DNA of 64,000 nucleotides from a virus (lineage: Duplodnaviria; Caudoviricetes). The notes under the pieces are model-generated. The model worked only from the letters and a program-made list of their open reading frames with translations. It made no database searches and was not told the DNA's origin. The position numbers were made by a program, and so were the translations under genes. The stretch covers positions 15,182 to 79,181 of IMG/VR virus record IMGVR_UViG_3300032280_000651. The stretch is one strand, 5' to 3'. Positions 38,247 through 48,478 of this stretch are shown in pieces (within the stretch, counting starts at the first letter, position 1; every line of letters begins with the position of its first letter).

Positions 38247-39204
38247 AGAAGTCTTCATTAAGATTGTCAAAGTCAATTACTTTGTCAGAAACTTTTTGAT
38301 AATCACCATTTCTTTTTTCAAAGAAATTAACTTTGCCTTGTAATGAAAGCATTTCCATAAAGTCAAATGGATTTTCAGAGTTATAAACTTTAGAACAACC
38401 TAATTCAACTAACCAGAAGTCAGCAACGAACTCAATATATTGTGACATAAGTTTTTCATTCATACCAATCAAAGATACTGGTAATGAATCTGAAATAAAT
38501 TCTTTCTCAATTTCCACCGCATCACAAATGATTTCTTTAATTCTTTCTTCTGAAACTTTGTTTTGAATATATTTGTTATGTAACAAACAAGCAAATTGAC
38601 AGTGTAAAGCCTCATCTCTAGAAATCAACTCATTAGAGAAAGATAATCCAGGCATTAAACCTCTTTTCTTTAACCAGAAAATTGCACAGAATGATCCAGA
38701 GAAGAAAATACCTTCTACTGCAGCAAACGCAATTAATCTTTCTGCAAATGATTCAGAATCTATCCATTTTAAAGCCCATTTAGCTTTCTTTTGAACTGAT
38801 GGTACAGTATCGATTGCATTAAATAAACGGTCTTTCTCATCATTATCTTTAATATAAGTATCAATCAATAAAGAGTAAGTTTCAGAGTGTACATTCTCCA
38901 TAGCAATTTGAAAACCATAAAATGATTTTGCTTCTGGATATTGTACTTCTTTTAAGAAGTTTTCTGCTAAGTTTTCATTTACGATACCATCTGATGCCGC
39001 AAAGAAAGCTAATACGTTTTTAATGTAATGTCTTTCATTATCATTTAATTTTTCTTCCCAGTCTGTAATGTCTTGAGATAAATCGATTTCCTCGCTAGTC
39101 CAAAATGAATGCTCCTCGGTTTTATAAAGTTCCCAAATGTCGTGATACTTCAAAGGAAAAATTACAAATCTACCAGGATTCTCTTTTAAAATATGTTCTT
39201 CCAT
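38245..39204 (-). CDS. nrdB: Ribonucleotide reductase class Ia beta subunit
   Basis: [36 protein letters not shown]. Confidence 0.95.
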   Translation of the reverse strand: MEEHILKENPGRFVIFPLKYHDIWELYKTEEHSFWTSEEIDLSQDITDWEEKLNDNERHYIKNVLAFFAASDGIVNENLAENFLKEVQYPEAKSFYGFQIAMENVHSETYSLLIDTYIKDNDEKDRLFNAIDTVPSVQKKAKWALKWIDSESFAERLIAFAAVEGIFFSGSFCAIFWLKKRGLMPGLSFSNELISRDEALHCQFACLLHNKYIQNKVSEERIKEIICDAVEIEKEFISDSLPVSLIGMNEKLMSQYIEFVADFWLVELGCSKVYNSENPFDFMEMLSLQGKVNFFEKRNGDYQKVSDKVIDFDNLNEDF

Positions 39205-39209
39205 AATAA

Positions 39210-40145
39210 TTATTTATTTATTTTATTTATATTATATAATTTTTTATTAATTTGTTTGATAAAATCATCCTCCCATATGGTAATTAAATTATATCCCTTA
39301 CTTCTAAGAAAATCCTCTCTTCTTATAGTTTTTTTATATAGATCAACAAATGTTTCTTTAGACTTATGATTTATATCACCTTTATATAATTTATTAGGAT
39401 TTCCATGCCAGTAATCACCATAAAACTCATAAATTGTATTTGTTTCCGGTATATAAGCATCAAACTTAAATAGTTTATCATCTATTATAATTCTCTTATT
39501 TCTATATTTTTTATCAATTCCTAAATAATCTAACCAATCGTTTTCTAATTTAGATGAATTACTCCACTGACAATCAGGACAACCTCTACCTCTTAAATGT
39601 GAATTTGGAGTTTGTTGAAAATCTCCATGTTTAGTACAACTTATATTTATTGGAATATGAGCACCTTTATATTCATCGTTATAATTATATTTGTAACTAT
39701 GTACTTTATTTGCCTGCTCTACAAACTTACTATTGGACTTATTTTCTTTTTTTGGTGTACAACCTCTACACCCAAATCCTTTTAAATGAGATTGTGGAGT
39801 TTGTTGAAAGTCTCCATGTATAGGACAAACAATGGTAACTGGAGTTTTATTACTTTTATAGATAACTTTATCATAATTATATTTATTCTGATGTATTCTA
39901 GACGCATCAAATATAAAGGAGTCTATAATTTTTCTACTAGAATCTGACGATTTTATAAATCCACATTTTGGACATCCAATTCCTTGTAAGTGAGAGTATG
40001 GTTTTTGTTCAAACTCACCATGTAGAGGACATATAATTTTAATTTTTGTTCGAGCATTCTTATATTCTTCAACATAATCATAAAAGTTATTATGTAAAGT
40101 ATTTGATCTCTTTAAGAAATCATCGTTTGTTAGTTTTCTAGCCAT
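39210..40145 (-). mobile_element. Putative homing endonuclease (DUF723-like Zn repeats plus PD-(D/E)XK domain)
   Basis: Three C..HG.F.Q.P..HL.G.GC repeats; FDAY...YEFYGDYWHG. Confidence 0.75.
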
Positions 40146-40162
40146 AGATTATATATAAAAAG

Positions 40163-40240
40163 TGAAAACACCGAGTAGCGAATTCGGTGTTTTCTTAGTC
40201 TGCCTCGGTTTGCGAAGTAACTATTACGGGTCCTAAGCCG
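40163..40240 (-). promoter_or_regulatory. Structured leader with terminator upstream of the endonuclease-nrdB unit
   Basis: Minus strand CGGCTTAGGACCC...CTAAG multi-stem followed by the 11-bp hairpin GAAAACACCGA/TCGGTGTTTTC. Confidence 0.55.
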
Positions 40241-40246
40241 TATATT

Positions 40247-41122
40247 TTAATAAAAGTGTCCGTATAGTGAATAAAGTTTTCTTTCCAACTTTTTACCTTG
40301 TTTATTAATCCAATTATCATAGAACTTTATACCTCTTTTTGGTATATAAGTTTTACCATCATCTTCTAAATCTTCTTTATTAAAGAACTTTTTTATCATA
40401 TGTCCCATAAATTTAAACTTTCTAAATGGGCCAGATGTTGCAGCATCTAACTCTTTTTTATTTTGTTCAATTATCCAAAAAAATTTATTTATTTGATTTT
40501 TTGTAAATTTTCTAAAGTGTTTTTCACAACTAAATTCTTTCATCATTTCAGCATCTATGAATCCCGGAGTAGATTGTATGATCCATTTAAAATCATCATT
40601 GGTGTTCTTACTACCAAAATTAGTAAATTTTTTAAGTTTATTTTTAACTTCTTCAAATGTTTCAATTACAGTTGAGTTTATTTCCTCATCATTTGCCATA
40701 TAAATAATATAGAAAAAATCCCTAATATCTTCATCTTTATGAAATGGTAAGGTTTTTAAATAATTAAGATTTTTTATAGAAGCTACTTTACCTATTTTTG
40801 TTAATCTAAATGCATGATTTAACTCATGTTTAAAGGTGGAAATATCTGCACTCGGTGTCAAACTTATCTTAATAAACCATTTACCATTACTAAGTTTTCT
40901 AGACTTTGATACATCCAAAGAACCTGATACATTTGGATTAAGCCTATTTTTCCTAATATTTACTACTAACTCTTGAAAATCAAGATTTGTTTTACCATTA
41001 TTTATAAAACTAATAACACCTTCACCTTTTTCTTTTATTTTTGGAAAAAGTTCTTCAGCTAATTGATCTACATCTTTATTTATGTGTAAAGCTTCGTTAA
41101 ATGAGTTAAATCTTTTAATCAT
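40247..41122 (-). CDS. Hypothetical protein with CTS-like N-terminus and HExxH motif
   Basis: MIKRFNSFNE; KHELNH zinc-peptidase-like motif. Confidence 0.6.
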   Translation of the reverse strand: MIKRFNSFNEALHINKDVDQLAEELFPKIKEKGEGVISFINNGKTNLDFQELVVNIRKNRLNPNVSGSLDVSKSRKLSNGKWFIKISLTPSADISTFKHELNHAFRLTKIGKVASIKNLNYLKTLPFHKDEDIRDFFYIIYMANDEEINSTVIETFEEVKNKLKKFTNFGSKNTNDDFKWIIQSTPGFIDAEMMKEFSCEKHFRKFTKNQINKFFWIIEQNKKELDAATSGPFRKFKFMGHMIKKFFNKEDLEDDGKTYIPKRGIKFYDNWINKQGKKLERKLYSLYGHFY

Positions 41123-41221
41123 AAATTATATATTAAAAAATAAAAATAACAATTCAACTTTTATCAAAAATAACATAAAACATAAGTAAATAATTTATTG
41201 TCTAATTAAAAAACCAAAACA

Positions 41222-41527
41222 ATGGTAAAACATGAAATTAAAGTAGAGTTGTCTGACTCTACAACAATCCAACAAATTATCGAGAAAGCTTACTTTGAAG
41301 AAGGTTTCAAAGGAAAAATCTTAGGTAAAAAACACTTCTTAACAATAGACGAAAGTGACGAAATTAATCACACCATTTTTAAAGGACTTAACAATGCAAC
41401 CGTTAAGATAACCAACGAAATTATTGATGGTTCAATGAGATTTATGGTTGACGAAACCGAAGGTGAAGTAAGACTTTATCCTATCTCAATCTATTGTGTT
41501 AAAGAAGAAAAATACTCTTTCTATTAA
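41222..41527 (+). CDS. Hypothetical protein
   Basis: 101-aa ORF. Confidence 0.7.
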   Translation: MVKHEIKVELSDSTTIQQIIEKAYFEEGFKGKILGKKHFLTIDESDEINHTIFKGLNNATVKITNEIIDGSMRFMVDETEGEVRLYPISIYCVKEEKYSFY

Positions 41528-41530
41528 TAT

Positions 41531-42550
41531 ATGAAAAAATTCGACTGGAATGACATTACAATAATACCAGATACACTGAGTACTATTGCATCTCGTAGTG
41601 AGATAAATCCATTACAAAATGGAAAGCTTCCTATCTTTACTGCACCAATGGATATGGTTATTGACGAAAATAACATATCTACTTTTGAAGATAATTATAC
41701 CAACATTTGTTTACCAAGAAATGTTAAATATGATAATCTTAAAAATAATAACTACTTCTATTCTTACGGACTTGATGAAATGATTGAGTTGTTTGAGTCC
41801 GGTGAGGAAATGCCTAAGAAAGTGCTAATCGATGTGGCGAACGGCCATATGTTTAAGCTGTGGGAGATATCCAAAAGAATAAAAGAAAAATTTGGTAACG
41901 AAATTGAACTAATGGTTGGTAACATTGCCAACCCAGAAACTTACAGAAAATACTGTGAGATTGGAGTTGATTGGATTAGAGTTGGTATTGGTGGAGGATC
42001 TGCTTGTACTACTTCCGCGAATGTTTCAATACATTTTCCAATGGCATCATTAGTAAATGAATGTTACGAAATCTCAAAAGAGTTTGACAATCCTACTAAG
42101 ATCTTAGCAGACGGTGGATTTAGAAACTTCTCTGATATAATCAAAGCTTTGGCACTTGGTGCTCATGCCATTATGTTAGGTGGAGTGTTTAACAAATGTT
42201 TAGAAAGTTGTTCTGATAACTTTTTAAAGGATTCTACCGGTGTATTTCACTTAATAACAGAAGAACAAGCAATCACTAACTTTAGTGAGGGTATTGATGT
42301 TTGGAAGTATTATAGAGGAATGTCGACAAAAGAAGTTCAAAAAGCTTGGGAAAGAAAAGAACTTAAAACTGGTGAGGGAATTTCTAAATACAATAAAGTA
42401 GAATATACTTTAGCTGGATGGAAAGAAAACTTTACCGATTATTTAAGATCTGCAATGTCTTACTCAAATAGTAGAACTTTAGAAGAATTTATTGGTAAAG
42501 CAAACTGGGTTAAAATATCACAGAATGCTTTTAATAGATTCAATAAATAG
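41531..42550 (+). CDS. GMP reductase/IMPDH-family oxidoreductase
   Basis: TAPMD, IDVANGH, RVGIGGGSACTT, ADGG, YRGMST, RSAMSY. Confidence 0.85.
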   Translation: MKKFDWNDITIIPDTLSTIASRSEINPLQNGKLPIFTAPMDMVIDENNISTFEDNYTNICLPRNVKYDNLKNNNYFYSYGLDEMIELFESGEEMPKKVLIDVANGHMFKLWEISKRIKEKFGNEIELMVGNIANPETYRKYCEIGVDWIRVGIGGGSACTTSANVSIHFPMASLVNECYEISKEFDNPTKILADGGFRNFSDIIKALALGAHAIMLGGVFNKCLESCSDNFLKDSTGVFHLITEEQAITNFSEGIDVWKYYRGMSTKEVQKAWERKELKTGEGISKYNKVEYTLAGWKENFTDYLRSAMSYSNSRTLEEFIGKANWVKISQNAFNRFNK

Positions 42551-42553
42551 TAA

Positions 42554-42577
42554 AAAACCACTCATATGAGTGGTTTT
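42554..42577. terminator. Bidirectional intrinsic terminator
   Basis: AAAACCACTC-ATAT-GAGTGGTTTT. Confidence 0.85.
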
Positions 42578-42589
42578 CTTATTCTTTAT

Positions 42590-42670
42590 CTAAGAAAAAG
42601 TAAAACACATCTCGATATAATCAGTGTCTAATTCTTCTGTACTTTCAAAAATTCTTTTTAAATGTTTCAT
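42590..42670 (-). pseudogene. Truncated CTS-family ORF (26 aa)
   Basis: MKHLKRIFESTEELDTDYIEMCFTFS* with its own TTAATATATA motif. Confidence 0.45.
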
Positions 42671-42680
42671 AAATTATATA

Positions 42681-43382
42681 TTAAATATCAATTTCATTTT
42701 TATATCTCCATATGAAACCACCTGCGGATTTATACTTACCTTTACAACATTTCATTATATTTGATCTTACTATATTTGTCTTTCTCTCAGCATCTCTAAT
42801 AGATGGATACTCATTAATATAATTCATATCTTTATCATATTGAATTATACCTTTACACTTTTGTATTAAAATATCAGTTAATTTCTGTTCCTCTGTTTTA
42901 GAGTCCTCATATCTCTTATTAGATATCCTTAACTTATTTCTCTCTTCTTCTTTTTGAAATCTCTCTTTTGATTTTATACTAAAATTTTTCTTCGCTTTAT
43001 CAGTATGTACTAATTTAAAATTTCTATTTTTCGCAGACTCGGACATCTTTCTTTTAGTTTCTTCGGACATCTTCTTATTTTTATTACCACCACTTGCGGA
43101 GTTGGTTAAATCACAACCAATACTTCTATAATAATCTATATAGTATATCTCCTTTAAACAACAATCTTCATAAGATGATATGTTATCTTCAATAGATTCT
43201 ATTATAGGTTTTAATCCTTGTGATTTTAATTTCCTTATCCAGTTACATTTGTGAGATTTGCTAGGTTCACTCATATGAGATCCTAGTCGTTGTTTGAGTG
43301 TATTAAAGGTCAATCCAATGTATCTAATTTCATTAGATACCGGATCAATTAGTTTGTATATTGTATATTTAATTTCTTCCAT
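42681..43382 (-). mobile_element. GIY-YIG homing endonuclease with NUMOD-like DNA-binding domains
   Basis: TIYKL...RYIGLT, EIYYI, NSASGG, SEETKRKMS, YPSIRDAER...GGFIWRY. Confidence 0.85.
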
Positions 43383-43427
43383 ATACTATATATAAAAATT
43401 CTAACTCCCCCTAGTAGTCTAATAGAA

Positions 43428-44207
43428 TTATCTCTTGACCATTATAAAAAAACTTGAATTAGATTGTCCTTTGATTTCTTCCTCAACCTCTTTTACTTCT
43501 GCTTGACCTTGTGTAACTAAATTAGCATGGTTGATTTTTACTGAACCTGGAAGTGTAAAATCATACATTCCTAACATATTTCCTAATTGAACTTTAGTCC
43601 AACCAACAACATACTTATAAAACAAATCATCTTTAAATAAATTTTCTTGTGGGATATTAGCATATCCTTCGATAATTACATCATTTTCAACTTTAGTTAA
43701 AATATGTAATCTATGATTTAGTTGATTGAATGAATATCTAAGTGTGTATTTATTTAATTGGTTCAACATATCAGACATATTATCTAACATTGTTTTATAA
43801 ACCCCTAACTCTCCAATTGTTGTAACATAAGAAGATAGGTAAGGTTGATTAGTAACTCCTAAGTTTACTGATAAGTTTGGTGTATTTATACCTAATTGAA
43901 AAAGAGACGCTCCTTTAACTTCATATAGATAAACAACTGATTGTATTTCACAAGGAACGGTTACATAATTATATTTAGTAAATTCTTCTGCAGTAAAAGC
44001 TTCTTTTCTAATAAGGAAATACATTTTTTGAACTGCATATTGATACCATCTATAAAAATAAGGAAGTGCCCTAGATTCAATTATTTGACGTATATTTGCA
44101 TCTGGCATTGTTTTAGGTAAAGCACACGATACACTTATTTCCGTTTGAATTGTATCAATAAATTCTTCTATTGTTAAACCACCTTGAAAAGGAATATAAT
44201 CAGCCAT
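43428..44207 (-). CDS. T4 gp13-like neck protein
   Basis: C-terminal KVQLGNML...LPGSVKIN...QAEVKEVEEEI pattern. Confidence 0.65.
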   Translation of the reverse strand: MADYIPFQGGLTIEEFIDTIQTEISVSCALPKTMPDANIRQIIESRALPYFYRWYQYAVQKMYFLIRKEAFTAEEFTKYNYVTVPCEIQSVVYLYEVKGASLFQLGINTPNLSVNLGVTNQPYLSSYVTTIGELGVYKTMLDNMSDMLNQLNKYTLRYSFNQLNHRLHILTKVENDVIIEGYANIPQENLFKDDLFYKYVVGWTKVQLGNMLGMYDFTLPGSVKINHANLVTQGQAEVKEVEEEIKGQSNSSFFIMVKR

Positions 44208-44225
44208 AAAAATTTTTAATATTTA

Positions 44226-44256
44226 TTGTATATATTAAAATTTTATATTATCTTTG
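44226..44256 (+). promoter_or_regulatory. Bacteroidota-type promoter
   Basis: TTG(44226-28)-N20-TATCTTTG(44249-56). Confidence 0.6.
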
Positions 44257-44279
44257 TATCACTAAAAAAGATAGAAACT

Positions 44280-44450
44280 ATGGCAACAATTGGTAAAATA
44301 ACAAAAGAACAAATCATCAAATCTAGAAAGAAAGCTTCAAGAGAAATGGAGATCGAGGCTAATGCTGGTTGGGTTGCTACTCATAAAGTACATAAATCTC
44401 AAAAAGACTATAATAGAAAACCTAAACATAGAAATAGAACTGATTTCTAA
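44280..44450 (+). CDS. ArfA/BrfA-like alternative ribosome-rescue factor candidate (56 aa)
   Basis: Basic C-terminus THKVHKSQKDYNRKPKHRN; start moved to ATG 44280. Confidence 0.55.
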   Translation: MATIGKITKEQIIKSRKKASREMEIEANAGWVATHKVHKSQKDYNRKPKHRNRTDF

Positions 44451-44457
44451 TAAAAAG

Positions 44458-44478
44458 GCCATATTATTTTAATATGGC
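44458..44478. terminator. Bidirectional intrinsic terminator
   Basis: GCCATATTA-TTT-TAATATGGC flanked by A and T tracts. Confidence 0.75.
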
Positions 44479-44646
44479 TTTTATTTTTTCTTTTCTTTCT
44501 AAATTTTTTGATAAACTTACTTTTAACTCAAACCATTGACCATTTGAGTACATATTATGTTTACCTGTGGCTAAATCATAATACATGTCACCATCATTAG
44601 GATTACTTGGTGGTGAACCATACGAATAACTTGTACTCATCAACAT
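44464..44646 (-). CDS. Small protein (GDMYY repeat) with C-terminal motif
   Basis: PNDGDMYYD...QW; ends ERKEKIKAILK. Confidence 0.65.
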   Translation of the reverse strand: MLMSTSYSYGSPPSNPNDGDMYYDLATGKHNMYSNGQWFELKVSLSKNLERKEKIKAILK

Positions 44647-45707
44647 TAGAAATTACCTGAACTTTTTAACTTTTCTAAAATGGCTTTCTGATCTAGGTTT
44701 ATAGATTTCGGTATTCTAATCTTAATATTTACTACTAAACTTCCCATACCTTCGTGTATATCTTGAACACCTTTCCCGTGTATTCTTATAATCTTACCGT
44801 GTTCTGTACCTGGTTCAATTGCTATCATTATATCTCCGTGTGGAGTTTTAACAGGTATATTCGCACCAATAATTGCATCAATGACAGAAATTTCTTGGTC
44901 AACTATAATGTTACCACCTTCTCTTCTAAAGTACATTTCTCTTACTTCATCAAATACAATATACAAATCTCCTGGAAAACCATTTAGTATATGGTTACCA
45001 AAACCCGCCATTGTCATTTGCATTCCGTTTCCAACACCTTTAGGTATTTCAACATCAACTGTTTGTTCTTTTGGTACAGTCGCTTGTCCGTGACAAACAT
45101 TACATTTATTTGTTATTTGATTTCCAGTACCATTACAATCAGGACACATAGATGAATTTCTAATTTGCCCGAATGGAGTATTTTGTACTACTGTTCTATG
45201 TCCAGATCCATTACAAGGAATACAAGTTCTTACATCAGAACCACCTTTTCCATTACAACCATTACAAGGCTCTTGTCTTTTATATTTTAATTTCTTTGTA
45301 GTACCATTGATTATTTCTTCAATAGTTAAAGAAACCTTTATTCTTAAATCAGATCCTTTAGATTGTCTTTGTTGTTGTCTTTGTCCACCGAATCCACCAC
45401 CGAATATATCACCAAATTGGTTAAATATATCGTTCATATTGAATCCGTGACCTTGACCACCTCCAAATCCACCGAATGGATTTCCACCACCATCGGCTGA
45501 CCCGAATCTATCGTAGTTTGATTTCTTATCTGGAGTAGAAAGAACATCATAAGCTTCTGCTGCTTCTTTAAATTTAGTTTCCGCTTCGGGATTATCAGGA
45601 TTTTTATCAGGATGCCATTTCATAGCCATTTTACGATAAGACTTCTTAATCTCATCTTCTGTTGCATTTCTGTCAACACCTAGTACGTCATAATAATCTT
45701 TTGCCAT
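44646..45707 (-). CDS. dnaJ: Chaperone DnaJ
   Basis: J domain with HPD, G/F-rich linker, four CxxCxGxG repeats. Confidence 0.95.
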   Translation of the reverse strand: MAKDYYDVLGVDRNATEDEIKKSYRKMAMKWHPDKNPDNPEAETKFKEAAEAYDVLSTPDKKSNYDRFGSADGGGNPFGGFGGGQGHGFNMNDIFNQFGDIFGGGFGGQRQQQRQSKGSDLRIKVSLTIEEIINGTTKKLKYKRQEPCNGCNGKGGSDVRTCIPCNGSGHRTVVQNTPFGQIRNSSMCPDCNGTGNQITNKCNVCHGQATVPKEQTVDVEIPKGVGNGMQMTMAGFGNHILNGFPGDLYIVFDEVREMYFRREGGNIIVDQEISVIDAIIGANIPVKTPHGDIMIAIEPGTEHGKIIRIHGKGVQDIHEGMGSLVVNIKIRIPKSINLDQKAILEKLKSSGNF

Positions 45708-45711
45708 AGTT

Positions 45712-46026
45712 TTATGCTAATATTTTTTCTAATTTTATATCTCTATATATTTGTTTGGTTGTGTCTGTTAGTTTAATAGAAGTCCATTTATTATATCTTA
45801 TAATAAATTCGTTGTCATAAACTGTTGAAGACATAATCGGCATTTCGTCAATTATATCTTTAAATACATTTTGAGCATCCTCTATTTTCCAATTATCAAC
45901 ATCTGATAATCTCTTACAGAAATACTCCATAAACGGAGTTGCAGTATCAATAACAGTACCTATATAACTATCAGAATTGAAACCTTGTGGTGCAGATTCT
46001 GATATTTGTACATACCAATTAATCAT
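45712..46026 (-). CDS. Hypothetical protein with C-terminal motif
   Basis: Ends [11 protein letters not shown]. Confidence 0.7.
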   Translation of the reverse strand: MINWYVQISESAPQGFNSDSYIGTVIDTATPFMEYFCKRLSDVDNWKIEDAQNVFKDIIDEMPIMSSTVYDNEFIIRYNKWTSIKLTDTTKQIYRDIKLEKILA

Positions 46027-46543
46027 TTATTATATTCTTTAAATTTTTATTTCTTTTTGCGGATTTTATATCTTCATTAAGAGTTTCAGAGTTGTAAGCT
46101 TGTTGAAATAATCCTGCAATATAATTATCAACTATAAGTTGTAATGTTTCTTGTGTTCTATCTAAATTATCAAACATTTCTAATTTATTTGCAGTTTTTG
46201 GTAAAATCAAAACCAAATAATCTAAAAAATCATCTATATCAAATAATAATTCGAATAACTCTAATCTCTTCTCTCTTAACATAGAAGGTGGGGTAATATA
46301 AACTTTACCCCACACTCTTCTAATTGATGGCATTATCAAATCTAAAATTTCTTCATCACCATCATATAAAGTTCCTTGAAACTCAAACCCTTCAAATAAG
46401 TAAATCTTTTTATCTAAAACATAATCTAATACATCACGAAAATCAGAAGAATTCTTAATACCCTGACATAAAGTATCAAGTATTATCTCTCGATAAGATG
46501 CATTTTGATTTATATTCAAAATTGAAGGTTTGGTATCCATCAT
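46019..46543 (-). CDS. Hypothetical protein with C-terminal motif
   Basis: Ends [12 protein letters not shown]. Confidence 0.7.
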   Translation of the reverse strand: MMDTKPSILNINQNASYREIILDTLCQGIKNSSDFRDVLDYVLDKKIYLFEGFEFQGTLYDGDEEILDLIMPSIRRVWGKVYITPPSMLREKRLELFELLFDIDDFLDYLVLILPKTANKLEMFDNLDRTQETLQLIVDNYIAGLFQQAYNSETLNEDIKSAKRNKNLKNIIND

Positions 46544-46546
46544 AAC

Positions 46547-46999
46547 TTATCTTCCTAAAACGATTTTTGGATATCTAAATGGTTTACCATTTAATGAATA
46601 ACCTTTTGATACTACATCAACTACCTTTTGCACATCCGAGGGAATCACAGAAATAACTTCGTGTAAATCCTCATCATAAACTTCAGTTTGTATTGTTTCG
46701 ATACCTTGTGATTTTAAAAAAGTATCTAATTTGTGTGCTATTAATAAAACACCTTCATCAACTTTATCCATTGACTTTAAAGCAATACTAATGTCATTAT
46801 CCATATCAAGTATAGATGATAACATTTTTGTTTTTGTATTTAATACTAATTCTTCTTTATCTTTTTGAACTCTTCTTTTGTAGTTTTCAAAATCTGCATA
46901 AAGACGTAAGTATTTCTCTTCTGATTCTTGTAACTTTTGTTCTACTGTTACTTCAACAACAGTTTCCTCTAAAATTTCTTTTTGTTCTTCGTTTTCCAT
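46547..46999 (-). CDS. grpE: Nucleotide exchange factor GrpE
   Basis: YLRLYADFENYKRR, LHEVI, KGYSLNGKPFRYPKIV; start moved to MENEEQKE at 46999. Confidence 0.9.
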   Translation of the reverse strand: MENEEQKEILEETVVEVTVEQKLQESEEKYLRLYADFENYKRRVQKDKEELVLNTKTKMLSSILDMDNDISIALKSMDKVDEGVLLIAHKLDTFLKSQGIETIQTEVYDEDLHEVISVIPSDVQKVVDVVSKGYSLNGKPFRYPKIVLGR

Positions 47000-47000
47000 A

Positions 47001-47498
47001 TTAATAATTAAATTTAAGTAATTTTTTAACTGCACTCGAATTATAAAACTCATAGATAACATTCTTATCTTCAAGCTCAATAACTTCTAATTTTTCTAAC
47101 TCTATTTTCATCTCATCAATGTATTCAACAAGTTCTTTTAATGAATTAACCCAACCTGCACTAGGTTCCCAATAATCTGGAAACTTATCTAAAAACTTAT
47201 CAACTGCATAGTCTAAGTTTTTCTTTCTAACTAGTAAGGTACCATCTTTTTTAGGATTACCAATAGATTTATTACTTAAAAATTCAGTTATATAAGTATT
47301 AAACTTATGAATTAAATTTATAGTTTCTATTATTTTTAGTAAACCCATTACTAAAGCATCTCTTTCAGATACTTCTATCTCTTCATTTTCTTTAAGTATT
47401 CTTTCTGCTTCTTTTTCGGTACATTGTAGTACGTAATATACATAAGTGTCCCAAAGACATCTCTTTACAATTTCTTCTGGACGTATCATTATTTTCAT
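47001..47498 (-). CDS. Hypothetical protein
   Basis: 165-aa ORF directly upstream of grpE. Confidence 0.75.
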   Translation of the reverse strand: MKIMIRPEEIVKRCLWDTYVYYVLQCTEKEAERILKENEEIEVSERDALVMGLLKIIETINLIHKFNTYITEFLSNKSIGNPKKDGTLLVRKKNLDYAVDKFLDKFPDYWEPSAGWVNSLKELVEYIDEMKIELEKLEVIELEDKNVIYEFYNSSAVKKLLKFNY

Positions 47499-47577
47499 AT
47501 ATTTTCAATAATTTTATTATTATATACGTATTTAGTAAGAAGTTTTTCTTATCTTTGTCAAAAATATAATTTAAAAC

Positions 47578-47769
47578 ATGGAAATAAACGAAAAAGTAGA
47601 ACTAAACAAGAAAATCAAATCTTACGATGGTACTAATTCATTTTTACTATCATTACAGAAACAATTAAAAACAAATACAAAACTAAACAAAGAAGATTTT
47701 AAAGGTAGACAAGTAAAAGTTTTAAGTGATAAACAATACTCTGTTGCAGAAAACTTATTAAAAGACTAA
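47578..47769 (+). CDS. Hypothetical protein
   Basis: 63 aa; preceded by TATCTTTG (47550-57), followed by a terminator. Confidence 0.7.
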   Translation: MEINEKVELNKKIKSYDGTNSFLLSLQKQLKTNTKLNKEDFKGRQVKVLSDKQYSVAENLLKD

Positions 47770-47781
47770 AATATGAATAAT

Positions 47782-47811
47782 AAAAATGAGAAGTGAAAAC
47801 TTCTCATTTTT
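47782..47811 (+). terminator. Intrinsic terminator
   Basis: AAAAATGAGAAGT-GAAA-ACTTCTCATTTTT. Confidence 0.85.
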
Positions 47812-47881
47812 TTTGTTAAAACAAATAGGGTTGATTTTTTTTTATATATATTATATCTTAGATAAAAAATAAATATAAAAT

Positions 47882-48346
47882 ATGAAATTGTCAGAAAACT
47901 TAGACTTAGGTGAATTAACAAGAAGTGAAGCTGCTAAAAGAAATCGTATAAGTAATATGCCAACAGCTGAACACATTGAGAATATGAAAAAGTTAGCAAC
48001 CAATATTTTTCAACCAATTAGAGAAAATTTTGGTGTTCCTATTTTTATTAGCTCAGGTTATAGAAGCAAAGCATTAAACTCTAAAATCGGAGGAAGTTCA
48101 ACAAGCCAACATAGTACAGGAGAAGCAATTGATATTGATATGGATGGTAGTTCAAGTGGTGTTACTAACAAACAAGTTTTTGATTACATAAAAGATAATT
48201 TAGATTTTGATCAACTTATATGGGAATTTGGTAATAAAAATAATCCTGACTGGGTACATGTTTCTTATGAAAGTACTGGTAAACAAAGAAAACAAGTTTT
48301 AAGAGCAGTTAGAGTAAAAGGTGTTACAAAATATGAAAATTATTAA
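47882..48346 (+). CDS. M15A family peptidase (endolysin-like)
   Basis: ISSGYRS, SQHSTGEAIDI, DQLIWE, WVHVS. Confidence 0.9.
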   Translation: MKLSENLDLGELTRSEAAKRNRISNMPTAEHIENMKKLATNIFQPIRENFGVPIFISSGYRSKALNSKIGGSSTSQHSTGEAIDIDMDGSSSGVTNKQVFDYIKDNLDFDQLIWEFGNKNNPDWVHVSYESTGKQRKQVLRAVRVKGVTKYENY

Positions 48347-48349
48347 ATT

Positions 48350-48376
48350 AAAAACCTCAATTTTATTGAGGTTTTT
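48350..48376 (+). terminator. Intrinsic terminator
   Basis: AAAAACCTCAAT-TTT-ATTGAGGTTTTT. Confidence 0.8.
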
Positions 48377-48478
48377 TTAGTATTATCTAATCTTAAACTT
48401 TCAAATAACTCAAAGAAAAGTTCAAATAAATTTCTACTTATAGAATAATTCATTATCTTTGTAAAAATTAAAAAAGAA

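Noticed and set aside
38245-40145. Group I intron in nrdB housing the endonuclease
   Set aside because: nrdB is a continuous 319-aa frame with all iron ligands; the endonuclease is free-standing upstream
47000-47080. N-terminal extension of grpE given in the track
   Set aside because: It overlaps the upstream gene; the GrpE-like sequence begins at 46999
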